From the NCBI RefSeq assembly GCF_000011805.1, contig NC_006840.2: 32,000 nucleotides of DNA, one strand, 5' to 3'. The notes beneath the pieces were generated by a model. It did no database searches, had not been told where the DNA came from, and saw only the letters and a list, made by a program, of their open reading frames with translations. Positions within the stretch are counted from its first letter, which is position 1, and every line of letters starts with the position of its first letter. Positions 1 to 9,324 of this stretch are shown here, piece by piece. This DNA comes from Aliivibrio fischeri ES114. Its GTDB lineage: Bacteria > Pseudomonadota > Gammaproteobacteria > Enterobacterales > Vibrionaceae. Both the position numbers and the translations under genes were made by a program.

Positions 1-1738
1 TAATCTCATTTGCATCAACCCCTAATTTAACTAGAGTGTCGGTCACTTTGCTTAAGCCAACCATCAAACCAAGATTTACTGTTGGTACATTTAAAGAACG
101 AGAAAGAGCATAATAAAGAGGAACCTCTCCTCTGAATTTACGGTCAAAGTTTCTTGGCGTCCATGTTGTACCTTTACTTCCTTTTAATGCAATCGGTTTA
201 TCATCTAACGTTGTTGCTAATGAAAACTTATCCGGTGTTTCTAATGCACTCAAATAGATAGCAGGTTTAACTAATGACCCAATTGGTCGTTTAGCATTAA
301 TCGCTCGGTTAAATCCATCAAATCCAGTTCGGCTGCCACCAATCATTGCTCGAATTTCACCACTTTGACGATCAACAATCACCATTGCAGCTTCCAAGCC
401 CTTCCCAGCTCTTTTTTCTAACTGAGGTACTGTTCTCTCAACGGCCTGCTCTGCTTTTTGCTGAGACAGAGGATCCAGAGTAGTGAATACTCGTAGCCCT
501 TCTCCTTTCTGATATGCCTTACCCGCTTTCTCTTTTAACTCCCATTTTAATTGCTGGAAATAAGCCGGTTGTCTTGTCGCTATAGTTGCTCGTTTTTTTA
601 CATCGAGTGGACGGCTAGCTGCCATTTCATATTGATGAGGCGATAAGATCTCTTCTTGCATCATTAATCGAAGAACTAAATCTCGGCGCTCTTTTACTCG
701 TTCAGGGAAACGCATCGGATTGTAATAAGACGGGCCTTTCACCATACCAACTAACATCGCTAGTTGATCAATACGCAACTCTTCTATTGGTCGACCAAAA
801 TATACCTGTGCAGCCAAGCCAAAACCATGAATGGCCTCTCCACCAGTTTGTCCTAAATACACCTCATTTAAATACGCTTCTAAAATACGGTCTTTGCTAT
901 AACGATAGTCTAAAATTAATGCGAGATACGCTTCTCGAACTTTTCGCCATAGTGTACGTTCACGAGAAAGAAATAAGTTTTTCGCCAATTGTTGAGTCAG
1001 CGTACTACCACCTTGCACGGTTCGTCCTGCCTTAGCATTCACTACCATAGCTCGAGCTATAGCAAGAGGAGAAACACCATCGTGCTGATAAAAATCACGG
1101 TCTTCGGTCGCTAGTAAGGCATCAACCATTACCTCAGGAAACTGCTCTCTACGTAAGAATAAACGCTGTTGATCATCATCAGCATCCAACATACCTAAGA
1201 ACTGAGGCTCGATTTGTAAAAAACCCATTTGTTTCATTACGCTTCTATTTTCAATTTTCTGAAGTCCTTCAGAATTAAAATAAAGCATGACGTGACGATC
1301 CGGCTCTGGTCCTTGTTGAAATTCAAAAGGACGACGAATTAATTCAATTTTTGTTGATGATGATGAATATTCACCAGGGCGTTGAGGTTGACGTACTTTT
1401 TGATATTTAAGTAAATCCAACTCATTTTGAACCGTTTTTAAACTGATATTTTGCCCAGGAGATAACGTTAACACTCGGCTATAAACAACCGTTGGTAAGC
1501 TAAATAATTGACCATCAAAACGTTTCTTAACTACGGTATCAAGATAAATACCGGCGATAACAAGAATAGCTAAAACAACCAAACTTAATTTAAAGCCTAA
1601 AATCATCAAACTCTTCCAAAAAGGACGAGACGATTGCGCTTTTTTCTTAGATGATGTTTTTCTTTTCGCTGGTGCTTTCTTCTTTGCTGCCGTTTTTTTA
1701 GGGGCAGCTTTTGTTGGTGTTTTTTTCTTTTCAGCCAT
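1..1738 (-). CDS. mrcB: Penicillin-binding protein 1B (bifunctional glycosyltransferase/transpeptidase), N-terminal ~579 codons; the 3' end lies beyond the window start
   Basis: My translation of the minus strand from ATG at 1738: MAEKKKTPTKAAPKKTAAKKK... This is a Lys-rich cytoplasmic tail followed by a TM segment (LMILGFKLSLVVLAILVIAGIY). It carries the GT51 motif LATEDRDFYQHDGV and reads open to position 1 (..KLGVDANEI). It is not in the ORF track because no stop lies in the window. Position downstream of hrpB matches E. coli. Confidence 0.88.
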   Translation of the reverse strand, partial: MAEKKKTPTKAAPKKTAAKKKAPAKRKTSSKKKAQSSRPFWKSLMILGFKLSLVVLAILVIAGIYLDTVVKKRFDGQLFSLPTVVYSRVLTLSPGQNISLKTVQNELDLLKYQKVRQPQRPGEYSSSSTKIELIRRPFEFQQGPEPDRHVMLYFNSEGLQKIENRSVMKQMGFLQIEPQFLGMLDADDDQQRLFLRREQFPEVMVDALLATEDRDFYQHDGVSPLAIARAMVVNAKAGRTVQGGSTLTQQLAKNLFLSRERTLWRKVREAYLALILDYRYSKDRILEAYLNEVYLGQTGGEAIHGFGLAAQVYFGRPIEELRIDQLAMLVGMVKGPSYYNPMRFPERVKERRDLVLRLMMQEEILSPHQYEMAASRPLDVKKRATIATRQPAYFQQLKWELKEKAGKAYQKGEGLRVFTTLDPLSQQKAEQAVERTVPQLEKRAGKGLEAAMVIVDRQSGEIRAMIGGSRTGFDGFNRAINAKRPIGSLVKPAIYLSALETPDKFSLATTLDDKPIALKGSKGTTWTPRNFDRKFRGEVPLYYALSRSLNVPTVNLGLMVGLSKVTDTLVKLGVDANEI

Positions 1739-1762
1739 GAGAAATCTTTTTAATTATGAATA

Positions 1763-4228
1763 TTAGTTAAAGTGACGTTTTGTTTTTTTGGTTGCTTGAT
1801 GTGTTGCAGGATCATCTGGCCAAATATGCTTTGGATAACGCCCTTTCATCTCTTTTTGTACTTCTTTATAAGAACCTTGCCAAAAACCAGCAAGATCGCT
1901 TGTTGTTTGTAATGGTCTTTGCGCTGGTGACAATAGTTCCATCATTAGTTTTTTTGTTCCTTTTGCTAATAACGGCGTTTCAGCCTCTCCATATACTTCT
2001 TGCATTCGAACTGAGATCTTAGGTTCTGACTGTAATTGATACTGTATCTTTGCTTTTGTTCCTGTCGGTAATACGTAATGGCTAGGTAAATATTCATTAA
2101 TTAACTGCATATTATTCCAACCAACATAAGCCTCTAACGCTTCCATAATATTCAGTTCTTTTAGTTGTTTATCACTTTTGATGTGATTCATAAAAGGTTG
2201 CAGCCACTTATCGACATCATTTAATAAATGGGTTTCATCTAACAAAGGTAAACCCAATTCAGGCAACCATATCGATGCACATAGCAAACGAGAATGAAAT
2301 GCTTCTACTGTGTCACTCCAATTTAAGCTAGATAATCCTTGTCTCTGAACCATGCGCAGCAATGCTTCTGATATTTTACTTTCATCTGGTGACTTTATTA
2401 GTTGACGCTTAATCACCAACGCCCCTAATTGAGTCCGTTGTTCGGCAAGCATGCGACTATTTTTTTCATCCCAATCAACATACTCTACTTCAGATAGTAA
2501 ATCAGAACAGGAGTCTAAAAGTGATGACAGTGTTAAAGAAACACCAAGTAAAACCTGACTGCGGTTATTTACGCCTTTTAATAAATCAACCACCACCAAA
2601 TAATCACTTTGAGCAAGATTTTCTAGTTCATCAATCTGAACCCCATGCCCATTAGATAATTGAAATTGACCAGAGTTACCTTTGGCCATTGCAAGTCGAT
2701 CTGGGAAACCATTAACTAATACTTCTCCTACACAATTAGGTGATGCCAATTCTTTATCTTCATTAACTAAAAGCATTTTAGCTAATCGGTGAGCTCTTTG
2801 ATGATAATAATTTGATTTCGGATACTTCCCATCTAGTAGCAAAGAAAGGTGATAACTTACGTCTTTTGACTTTATTGACTTAGCTGGTTCTTCAATAATC
2901 GGCAAAAGAAATAATGCCGTATTTAGATGAGCCAATGACATTTCCTTTGCACGAAGCAATATCGTAGAAAGTCGAGGGTCCATACCTAAGTGTTGTGACT
3001 GTTCACCAAAAACTGTTAATTGTCCTTGAGTATCAAGCTGCCCCAATTGTTTTAATAATTCTTTTGCTTGTTGAACATTAGTATTGGGTGGCAATGTTAA
3101 CCATTGTAAATCCGAAGGTTGTGTCACTCCCCACTTAGCTAACTCTACAATCAAAGAACTAAGATCTGACGATTCGATTTCAGGGGTAGGAACTAATGCT
3201 TGTTGTTTGAATTGCGACTCACTGTACAATCGAATGCAGATACCTGATTCTAAACGTCCTGCTCGCCCTTTTCTTTGCTCTGATGCTGATTGTGCTATAC
3301 GCTTTTTTTCTAATTTTGTAATTCCTGTTTTCGCATCAAAGCTCGCCTTATTTTCATACCCACTATCGATAACGACTCGAACACCTTCAATCGTTAAACT
3401 GGTTTCAGCGATATTCGTTGCAAGTACAACTTTTCTTTGTCCTATTGGTGCTGGCATTAAGGCTTGTTGTTGCTTTCTTATTTCCAGTTGACCATACAAA
3501 GGAGCAAGAATCACCTCTGATGAAAGATCACTTAACCTCTCTTCCAGCTGTTTAATCTCCCCGACGCCAGAAAGAAAAACCAAAATTGAGCCTGTTTCGT
3601 TAATCAAGGTTTGTCGAATAGCATTCTCTGTTGCATCAAGTAACTTTTGATTCGCCTTTAATGGCTGATAACGTGTTTCAACTGGAAATAAACGACCGTC
3701 TGACTCTAAATAGGCTGCATTAGGTAATAATTTTTGTAACGCTGCTTGTTCTAATGTTGCCGACATCACCAATAATTTAAGATCTTCCCTCAAAGCATCT
3801 TGAACTTCCAGAGCAAAAGCTAAAGAAGTATCTGCGTGAATGCTTCTTTCATGGTATTCATCAAAAATAAGTAACCCTACGTCTGATAATTCAGGATCAG
3901 ACTGAATCATACGTGTCATGATCCCTTCTGTCACAATCTCCAAACGAGTTCTAGAACTGACTTTTGCTTCACCACGCACTCTAAAACCAACCTGCTCACC
4001 CACCTTCTCACCTAATTGAGATGCTAAGTAATTCGCAATATTACGGGCAGCTAAGCGCCTTGGCTCTAACATTATAATTTTGCCGTCAATCAGATTATCT
4101 CTTAACAAAGTAAGCGGCAAAAAAGTAGACTTACCAGCACCTGTCGACGCTTTTAAAATAAGCTGAGAGTGATGCTTTAATTTCTCAATCAGTGATGGGA
4201 TCACTGTTTCAATAGGTAACTGTGACAA
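1763..4228 (-). CDS. hrpB: ATP-dependent RNA helicase HrpB (DEAH-box family)
   Basis: 821-aa ORF. Walker A STGAGKST, DExH-type motif FDEYHERS, helicase C-terminal region (TNIAETSLTIEGV, QRKGRAGR) and a long HrpB-type C-terminal domain. hrpB-mrcB adjacency matches E. coli. Confidence 0.93.
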   Translation of the reverse strand: MSQLPIETVIPSLIEKLKHHSQLILKASTGAGKSTFLPLTLLRDNLIDGKIIMLEPRRLAARNIANYLASQLGEKVGEQVGFRVRGEAKVSSRTRLEIVTEGIMTRMIQSDPELSDVGLLIFDEYHERSIHADTSLAFALEVQDALREDLKLLVMSATLEQAALQKLLPNAAYLESDGRLFPVETRYQPLKANQKLLDATENAIRQTLINETGSILVFLSGVGEIKQLEERLSDLSSEVILAPLYGQLEIRKQQQALMPAPIGQRKVVLATNIAETSLTIEGVRVVIDSGYENKASFDAKTGITKLEKKRIAQSASEQRKGRAGRLESGICIRLYSESQFKQQALVPTPEIESSDLSSLIVELAKWGVTQPSDLQWLTLPPNTNVQQAKELLKQLGQLDTQGQLTVFGEQSQHLGMDPRLSTILLRAKEMSLAHLNTALFLLPIIEEPAKSIKSKDVSYHLSLLLDGKYPKSNYYHQRAHRLAKMLLVNEDKELASPNCVGEVLVNGFPDRLAMAKGNSGQFQLSNGHGVQIDELENLAQSDYLVVVDLLKGVNNRSQVLLGVSLTLSSLLDSCSDLLSEVEYVDWDEKNSRMLAEQRTQLGALVIKRQLIKSPDESKISEALLRMVQRQGLSSLNWSDTVEAFHSRLLCASIWLPELGLPLLDETHLLNDVDKWLQPFMNHIKSDKQLKELNIMEALEAYVGWNNMQLINEYLPSHYVLPTGTKAKIQYQLQSEPKISVRMQEVYGEAETPLLAKGTKKLMMELLSPAQRPLQTTSDLAGFWQGSYKEVQKEMKGRYPKHIWPDDPATHQATKKTKRHFN

Positions 4229-4287
4229 TGGGTTCGCCTTATGGCATTATCTCGAATTAAACCATTGTACAAAAAAACAGTAGTTAA

Positions 4288-4995
4288 ATGAAATTTGAAC
4301 CTGAATTAGAATCTGGGAAGCTAATAAAACGCTATAAACGCTTTTTAGCTGATATTAAACTTGACGATAATAGTGAGCGCACAATTCATTGCGCTAACAC
4401 TGGAGCAATGACTGGCTGTGCAGAGCCTGACAGTACGGTGTTTTTTTCAACATCCAGTAACCTCAAGCGCAAATACCCTAACAGTTGGGAGCTCAGCGTC
4501 ACAGAAAACAATCACACAATATGCGTTAATACCCTTCGATCTAATCAATTAGTTGTCGAGGCGATTCAAGATCAGAACATAAAAGAACTGACTGAATATG
4601 ACGAGCTAAAAACCGAAGTAAAATACGGCTCAGAGAACAGTCGAATTGATATTTTACTTACTGGTAAATCGTTACCTGACTGCTATATTGAAGTGAAGAG
4701 CGTCACATTATTAAGTGAATCGGGTCAAGGTTTCTTTCCAGATGCCGTTACAACCCGTGGCCAAAAACACTTAAGGGAATTAAGCGAAATGGCACAACTT
4801 GGCCATAAAGCCATATTATTTTTCGCTGTTTTACATTCGGGTATTGAAAAAGTCTCAATCGCACACCATATAGACCAGCAATATCATTCTTTATTAATTG
4901 ATGCGATTGAAAATGGGGTCAATATTCTCTGCTACCAAGCAGAGATGTCATCAAAAGAGATGAAGATCGTACGCAAGCTACCTTTTAGTATTTAG
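4288..4995 (+). CDS. sfsA: Sugar fermentation stimulation protein SfsA (nuclease-like DNA-binding protein)
   Basis: 235-aa ORF with the length and sequence pattern of the SfsA family (..[10 protein letters not shown].., ..YIEVKSVTL..). Sits immediately upstream of dksA as in enterobacteria. Confidence 0.88.
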   Translation: MKFEPELESGKLIKRYKRFLADIKLDDNSERTIHCANTGAMTGCAEPDSTVFFSTSSNLKRKYPNSWELSVTENNHTICVNTLRSNQLVVEAIQDQNIKELTEYDELKTEVKYGSENSRIDILLTGKSLPDCYIEVKSVTLLSESGQGFFPDAVTTRGQKHLRELSEMAQLGHKAILFFAVLHSGIEKVSIAHHIDQQYHSLLIDAIENGVNILCYQAEMSSKEMKIVRKLPFSI

Positions 4996-5079
4996 TCACT
5001 TCATTCGTGTAATAAATACATTCTTTTTAAGAAAAGTGCTACGTTCTTGCTACTGGATCTCAATTGATGAAATCAATAT

Positions 5080-5108
5080 TTGATTGCCTCTTTTCTTTCT
5101 GCTATAGA
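5080..5108 (+). promoter_or_regulatory. Candidate sigma70 promoter of dksA (-35 TTGATT 5080-5085, 17-nt spacer, -10 TATAGA 5103-5108) followed by a GC-rich discriminator (TAGCGCCC)
   Basis: Hexamers and spacing read directly from the sequence. A 15-bp palindrome AATCAAtatTTGATT (5071-5085) overlaps the -35. Confidence 0.35.
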
Positions 5109-5160
5109 TAGCGCCCTCATTTGGCTAGTGAGAGTCAAAGACGTTTTAGGAGAAGCTGTA

Positions 5161-5610
5161 ATGCCAGAGAGCAATACAAAAAGAACGCTAGGAATTCTAG
5201 CTATCGCTGGTGTTGAACCTTATCAGGAAAAAGCCGGTGAGGAATACATGGGCCCAGCCCAAGTTGAACACTTTACAAAGATTCTAGAAGCTTGGCGTAA
5301 CCAACTTAGGGAAGAAGTTGCACGCACTGTGAACCACATGAAAGATGAAGCAGCGAACTTTCCAGATCCAGTTGATCGCGCAGCTCAAGAAGAAGAATTT
5401 AGTTTAGAACTGCGTAATCGTGACCGTGAGCGCCGTTTAATTAAGAAAATTGAGAAAACACTAACAAAAATCGAAGAAGAAGAATTCGGCTTCTGTGATT
5501 CTTGTGGTATTGAAATAGGTATTCGTCGATTAGAAGCACGTCCAACTGCTGATCTTTGTATTGACTGTAAAACTCTTGCAGAAATCAAAGAAAAGCAAAT
5601 GGCAGGTTAA
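5161..5610 (+). CDS. dksA: RNA polymerase-binding transcription factor DksA
   Basis: Translation from ATG 5161 ([22 protein letters not shown]...) is preceded by AGGAG (ttAGGAGaagctgtaATG). Coiled-coil tip motif [11 protein letters not shown] and C4 zinc finger CDSCGIEI...CIDCK. 149 aa versus 151 aa in E. coli. The track ORF start (TTG 5080) is an upstream in-frame extension. Confidence 0.95.
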   Translation: MPESNTKRTLGILAIAGVEPYQEKAGEEYMGPAQVEHFTKILEAWRNQLREEVARTVNHMKDEAANFPDPVDRAAQEEEFSLELRNRDRERRLIKKIEKTLTKIEEEEFGFCDSCGIEIGIRRLEARPTADLCIDCKTLAEIKEKQMAG

Positions 5611-5625
5611 TACCTATCAAATCAT

Positions 5626-5654
5626 AAAAAAGGGAGCATTCGCTCCCTTTTTTA
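5626..5654 (+). terminator. Rho-independent terminator after dksA
   Basis: Stem AGGGAGC (5631-5637) / GCTCCCT (5642-5648), 4-nt loop, followed by a T-run (cccTTTTTTac). Confidence 0.8.
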
Positions 5655-5674
5655 CGTTTAAATAGTGAATATTT

Positions 5675-6568
5675 ATGACAACTCAATACATTGGTCGTTT
5701 TGCACCATCACCTTCTGGTCCATTACACTTTGGCTCTCTTGTTGCTGCGCTAGGGAGCTACTTACAAGCTAAATCTCATCAAGGAAAATGGCTCCTTCGT
5801 ATTGAAGATCTTGACCCACCAAGGGAAGTATCAGGCGCCGCTTCCTTAATCATTCAAACCATAGAGAATTACGGTCTAGAATGGGACGAAGAAATTGTAT
5901 ACCAAAGTCAACGACACGATTTATATCAATCTCAAATAGATAAATGGTTGCAAGAAAACAACGCTTATTATTGCCAGTGCACACGTAAACAAATAAAAGA
6001 AGACGGTGGTTTTTATTTAGGTCACTGCAAAGAAAAGCACCATTCAGAAAAAAATTCTGCTGTTCGTTTGGTTATGCAACATCCTGTTGAATCATTTAAT
6101 GATATTAAACATGGTACGATTACAATCCCAAGTAAACTTGCACACGAAGACTTTATTATTAAACGTCGAGATGGACTATTTGCTTATAATCTCGCCGTGG
6201 TTCTTGATGATATCGACCAAGGAGTTACCGAAGTGGTTCGCGGTGCCGATCTCATTGAGCCAACAGGACGCCAAATATCACTTTACCGTCAATTGGGTGC
6301 GAATGAAGTTAACTACCTTCATTTACCCCTTGCTGTTGATGAAAAAGGCAATAAACTTTCTAAACAAAACTATGCACCCGCTATTGATAATAGTAACCCT
6401 AAACCAACACTATTAGCTGCATTAACGTTTTTAGGGTTTATAATTCCATTAGAAGTAAAGCAAGCTACATTGAATGAAATTCTTCAATGGGCAATCCAAC
6501 ATTGGCAATTAAATCAGCTTCCAACTGGGCTCGAGATCACTACCCCATTCTCAAAACCCTCAATTTAA
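5675..6568 (+). CDS. gluQ: Glutamyl-Q tRNA(Asp) synthetase (GluRS paralogue YadB)
   Basis: 297-aa ORF. Class-I aaRS signature region RFAPSPSGPLHFGSL, KLSKQ (KMSKS-like), truncated GluRS-like catalytic domain without an anticodon-binding domain. Located dksA-gluQ-pcnB as in E. coli. Confidence 0.92.
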   Translation: MTTQYIGRFAPSPSGPLHFGSLVAALGSYLQAKSHQGKWLLRIEDLDPPREVSGAASLIIQTIENYGLEWDEEIVYQSQRHDLYQSQIDKWLQENNAYYCQCTRKQIKEDGGFYLGHCKEKHHSEKNSAVRLVMQHPVESFNDIKHGTITIPSKLAHEDFIIKRRDGLFAYNLAVVLDDIDQGVTEVVRGADLIEPTGRQISLYRQLGANEVNYLHLPLAVDEKGNKLSKQNYAPAIDNSNPKPTLLAALTFLGFIIPLEVKQATLNEILQWAIQHWQLNQLPTGLEITTPFSKPSI

Positions 6569-6615
6569 GCTATGATGTGCGCCTATTTTTGACTGCTCAC
6601 TTGAATATCGAGGTT

Positions 6616-8016
6616 ATTATCTTTAATCAAGTTGCCCGTTTTTGTCGTAATTTACTCAAAAACAACAGTGATATTTGCTCAACAGAGGATTTGAAACTGA
6701 ACGTTATCACACGCCAAGAACATAATATTTCACGTAAAGATTTAAGTGATAATGCACTTAAAGTTCTTTACCGTCTAAGCAATGCTGGATATGACGCTTA
6801 TCTGGTAGGCGGAGGTGTGCGCGATATTCTATTAGGTCAAGAACCTAAAGACTTTGATATTGCAACCAATGCAACTCCAGAGCAAATCAAAAAACTATTC
6901 AGAAATTGTCGTTTAATTGGTCGACGATTCCGTCTTGCTCATATTCTTTTTGGTCGAGATGTTATTGAAGTTGCTACCTTCCGTGGCCACCACAAAGAAG
7001 ATAATGAGAAAAAGAATATCTCAGCGCAATCTGACGAAGGGATGCTACTACGCGATAACGTATATGGCACGGTAGAAGAAGATGCTGAACGTCGTGACTT
7101 TACGGTTAATGCGATGTACTACAATATCGCAGACTACTCGATACACGATTACGCCAACGGCATTGAAGATTTAAAAAATGGCATTATCCGTTTAATTGGT
7201 GATCCTGAAACTCGTTATCGCGAAGACCCAGTCCGTATGCTTCGTGCAGTTCGTTTTGCTGCAAAATTAGATATGACTATTTGTGATAAAACAGCAGCAC
7301 CAATTGCTGAGCTTTCACCTCTACTTAGAGACATTCCTGCTGCACGTTTATTTGAAGAGTCATTAAAGCTACTGCAAACCGGTAATGGATTAAATACTTA
7401 CTGGATGCTACGAGACTTTAATCTTTTCCAACAATTGTTCCCTGTACTCACTCCTTTCTTAACGGAAGAAGGAAATAGCCCTGCTGAACAAATGATTGAG
7501 CTTGTATTACGCTCTACAGATAAGCGAATTAACAGCGGTAAGCGTGTAAACCCTGCGTTTATGTTTGCTGCAATGCTTTGGTATCCGTTAACGGCAAAAG
7601 CGCAAGAAATCCAAGATGACAATCCAAAATTTGATCACTACGAATCAATAATGGAAGCATCTAATTTAATTCTTGATACTCAAGTAAGAAGTACTGCGAT
7701 CCCACGTCGCTTAACTGCAACAATTCGTGATATTTGGCAACTTCAATTACGCTTACCTCGTCGCACGGGTAAACGAGCTTTTGTACTTATTGAGCAACAA
7801 AAATTCCGTGCCGCTTATGATTTCTTAGAAATGCGTGGCAAAGTTGAAGGCGGCGAAACCAAAGATTTATGTGACTGGTGGACTGAGTTCCAAGATGCAC
7901 CAGCACCACATCGTAACAATATGGTTCAAAATTTAAACGGTGGTCGCCGTTCTGGTGGTCCTCGTAAGCGTCGCAGCCCATATCGTAAGAAAAAAAGAGC
8001 AAATAACGACTCATGA
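6616..8016 (+). CDS. pcnB: Poly(A) polymerase I; start codon uncertain and probably non-AUG (ATT 6616 or ATC 6619)
   Basis: Nucleotidyltransferase motif LVGGGVRDILLG..PKDFDIATNA, with RRDFTVNAMYY and a very basic C-terminal tail (RKRRSPYRKKKR). The conserved N-terminus IFNQVARFCRNLL aligns with E. coli (I/M)FTRVANFCRKVL. The only in-frame ATG upstream of the catalytic domain (6487) lies 82 nt inside gluQ. GAGG at 6610-6613 could serve as the SD. Confidence 0.9.
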   Translation: MIFNQVARFCRNLLKNNSDICSTEDLKLNVITRQEHNISRKDLSDNALKVLYRLSNAGYDAYLVGGGVRDILLGQEPKDFDIATNATPEQIKKLFRNCRLIGRRFRLAHILFGRDVIEVATFRGHHKEDNEKKNISAQSDEGMLLRDNVYGTVEEDAERRDFTVNAMYYNIADYSIHDYANGIEDLKNGIIRLIGDPETRYREDPVRMLRAVRFAAKLDMTICDKTAAPIAELSPLLRDIPAARLFEESLKLLQTGNGLNTYWMLRDFNLFQQLFPVLTPFLTEEGNSPAEQMIELVLRSTDKRINSGKRVNPAFMFAAMLWYPLTAKAQEIQDDNPKFDHYESIMEASNLILDTQVRSTAIPRRLTATIRDIWQLQLRLPRRTGKRAFVLIEQQKFRAAYDFLEMRGKVEGGETKDLCDWWTEFQDAPAPHRNNMVQNLNGGRRSGGPRKRRSPYRKKKRANNDS

Positions 8017-8498
8017 TCAAAGTAATTATTGCGATTGGGAGTAACCTTGGAGATCCCGTAGCTCAAGCAAAAGTGGCTATCAATGCCCTGCACCAGCTCC
8101 CGGACTCTAAAGTAACAGCGGTATCATCGCTTTACAGCAGTTCACCTATGGGTCCTCAAGATCAACCTGACTACATTAATGCAGTTGTTGAGATTGAAAC
8201 CAACCTTGCTCCAATGGAATTACTGGATCTCACTCAAAAGATTGAGCTTGAGCAAGGTCGCGTGCGTAAGGAAGAGCGCTGGGGACCAAGAACTTTAGAT
8301 CTCGATATTATTTTATTTGGCGATCAAACGATCGACAATGAGCGATTAACCGTGCCTCACTATGGCATGAAGGAACGTGAATTTGTTCTTTATCCGCTCG
8401 CTGAAATTTATAATGATTTAACTTTACCTGATGGCACAACCCTTTCTCAGTTACTAAAAACTGTTGATAGAAATGGTTTGTCTATTTGGGAAGATTAA
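8013..8498 (+). CDS. folK: 2-amino-4-hydroxy-6-hydroxymethyldihydropteridine pyrophosphokinase (HPPK)
   Basis: 161-aa ORF. HPPK pattern IAIGSNLGDP ... RWGPRTLDLDIILFG ... LTVPHYGMKEREFVLYPL. ATGA overlap with the pcnB stop (8013-8016) suggests translational coupling. Confidence 0.94.
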   Translation: MIKVIIAIGSNLGDPVAQAKVAINALHQLPDSKVTAVSSLYSSSPMGPQDQPDYINAVVEIETNLAPMELLDLTQKIELEQGRVRKEERWGPRTLDLDIILFGDQTIDNERLTVPHYGMKEREFVLYPLAEIYNDLTLPDGTTLSQLLKTVDRNGLSIWED

Positions 8499-8520
8499 TC
8501 GCTTCTAGTAAGGATGTTTT

Positions 8521-9315
8521 ATGAAAAAAATCTCTATTCATGACTTAATGAAGTGGAAGCAAGAAGGCAAAAAATTTGCCACTGTTACAGCATATGATGC
8601 TAGCTTCGCACAACTATTTGAACAGCAAGAAGTCCCTGTTTTATTAGTCGGTGATTCATTAGGTATGGTTTTACAAGGTAAGAGCGACACTCTACCTGTA
8701 ACCACTGAAGAGATCGCTTACCATACTCGCTGTGTACGTGCAGGCAGCCCAAATAGCCTATTAATGGCAGATATGCCATTCATGAGCTACGCAACTCCTG
8801 AGCAAGCGTGTGAGAATGCTGGAAAGCTAATGCAAGCAGGCGCTAACATGGTGAAGATTGAAGGCGGTGAATGGATAGCTGAAACAGTTCGAGTCCTTGC
8901 AGAGCGTGCCGTCCCAGTTTGTGCGCACCTTGGTTTAACTCCTCAATCAGTTAATATTTTTGGTGGGTTCCGCATTCAAGGTCGTGATGAAGCTAAAGCA
9001 GAGCAAATGGTAAAAGATGCCTTAACGCTTGAAGCTGCTGGTGCTCAAATTATCCTACTAGAATGCGTTCCAGCTTCTCTTGCTGAGCGTATTACAAAAG
9101 CATGTACCGTTCCTGTTATTGGTATTGGTGCAGGTAATGTGACTGATGGTCAAATCCTTGTAATGCACGATATGTTTGGTATTTCAGCTAACTACATGCC
9201 TAAATTCTCAAAAAACTTTTTGGCAGAAACTGGTGATATGCGTAAAGCGGTCACTAAATACATTCAAGATGTTGAGCAAGGTGTATTCCCTGTTGCTGAA
9301 CATACATTTAACTAA
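8521..9315 (+). CDS. panB: 3-methyl-2-oxobutanoate hydroxymethyltransferase (ketopantoate hydroxymethyltransferase)
   Basis: 264-aa ORF, the same length as E. coli PanB. Conserved [22 protein letters not shown] and HLGLTPQS blocks. Confidence 0.95.
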   Translation: MKKISIHDLMKWKQEGKKFATVTAYDASFAQLFEQQEVPVLLVGDSLGMVLQGKSDTLPVTTEEIAYHTRCVRAGSPNSLLMADMPFMSYATPEQACENAGKLMQAGANMVKIEGGEWIAETVRVLAERAVPVCAHLGLTPQSVNIFGGFRIQGRDEAKAEQMVKDALTLEAAGAQIILLECVPASLAERITKACTVPVIGIGAGNVTDGQILVMHDMFGISANYMPKFSKNFLAETGDMRKAVTKYIQDVEQGVFPVAEHTFN

Positions 9316-9324
9316 GGAAACGTA

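Noticed and set aside
787-1035. An 82-aa plus-strand ORF. The same applies to similar ORFs at 1780-2022, 3084-3491, 5385-5588, 6087-6416, 7398-7622, 7787-8020, 11406-11609, 13430-13771, 14365-14559, 14895-15095, 15613-15798, 17641-17939, 18104-18522, 19065-19553, 19810-19995, 21571-21801, 23356-23782, 24017-24340, 25298-25618, 26614-26841, 27041-27286, 28682-28885, 30936-31118 and 31546-31734.
   Set aside because: All lie antisense to, or out of frame within, confidently assigned conserved genes. They have low-complexity or odd composition and lack SD sequences, so I treat them as shadow ORFs.
5080-5160. A TTG-initiated 27-codon extension of dksA.
   Set aside because: The region contains the likely promoter hexamers. 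ATG 5161 has a strong AGGAG SD and gives a DksA of canonical length.
6487-6615. An ATG-initiated 43-codon N-terminal extension of pcnB, as given by the ORF track.
   Set aside because: The ATG lies 82 nt inside gluQ and the extension has no similarity to PAP I N-termini. The homologous N-terminus starts at 6616/6619 with a nearby GAGG.
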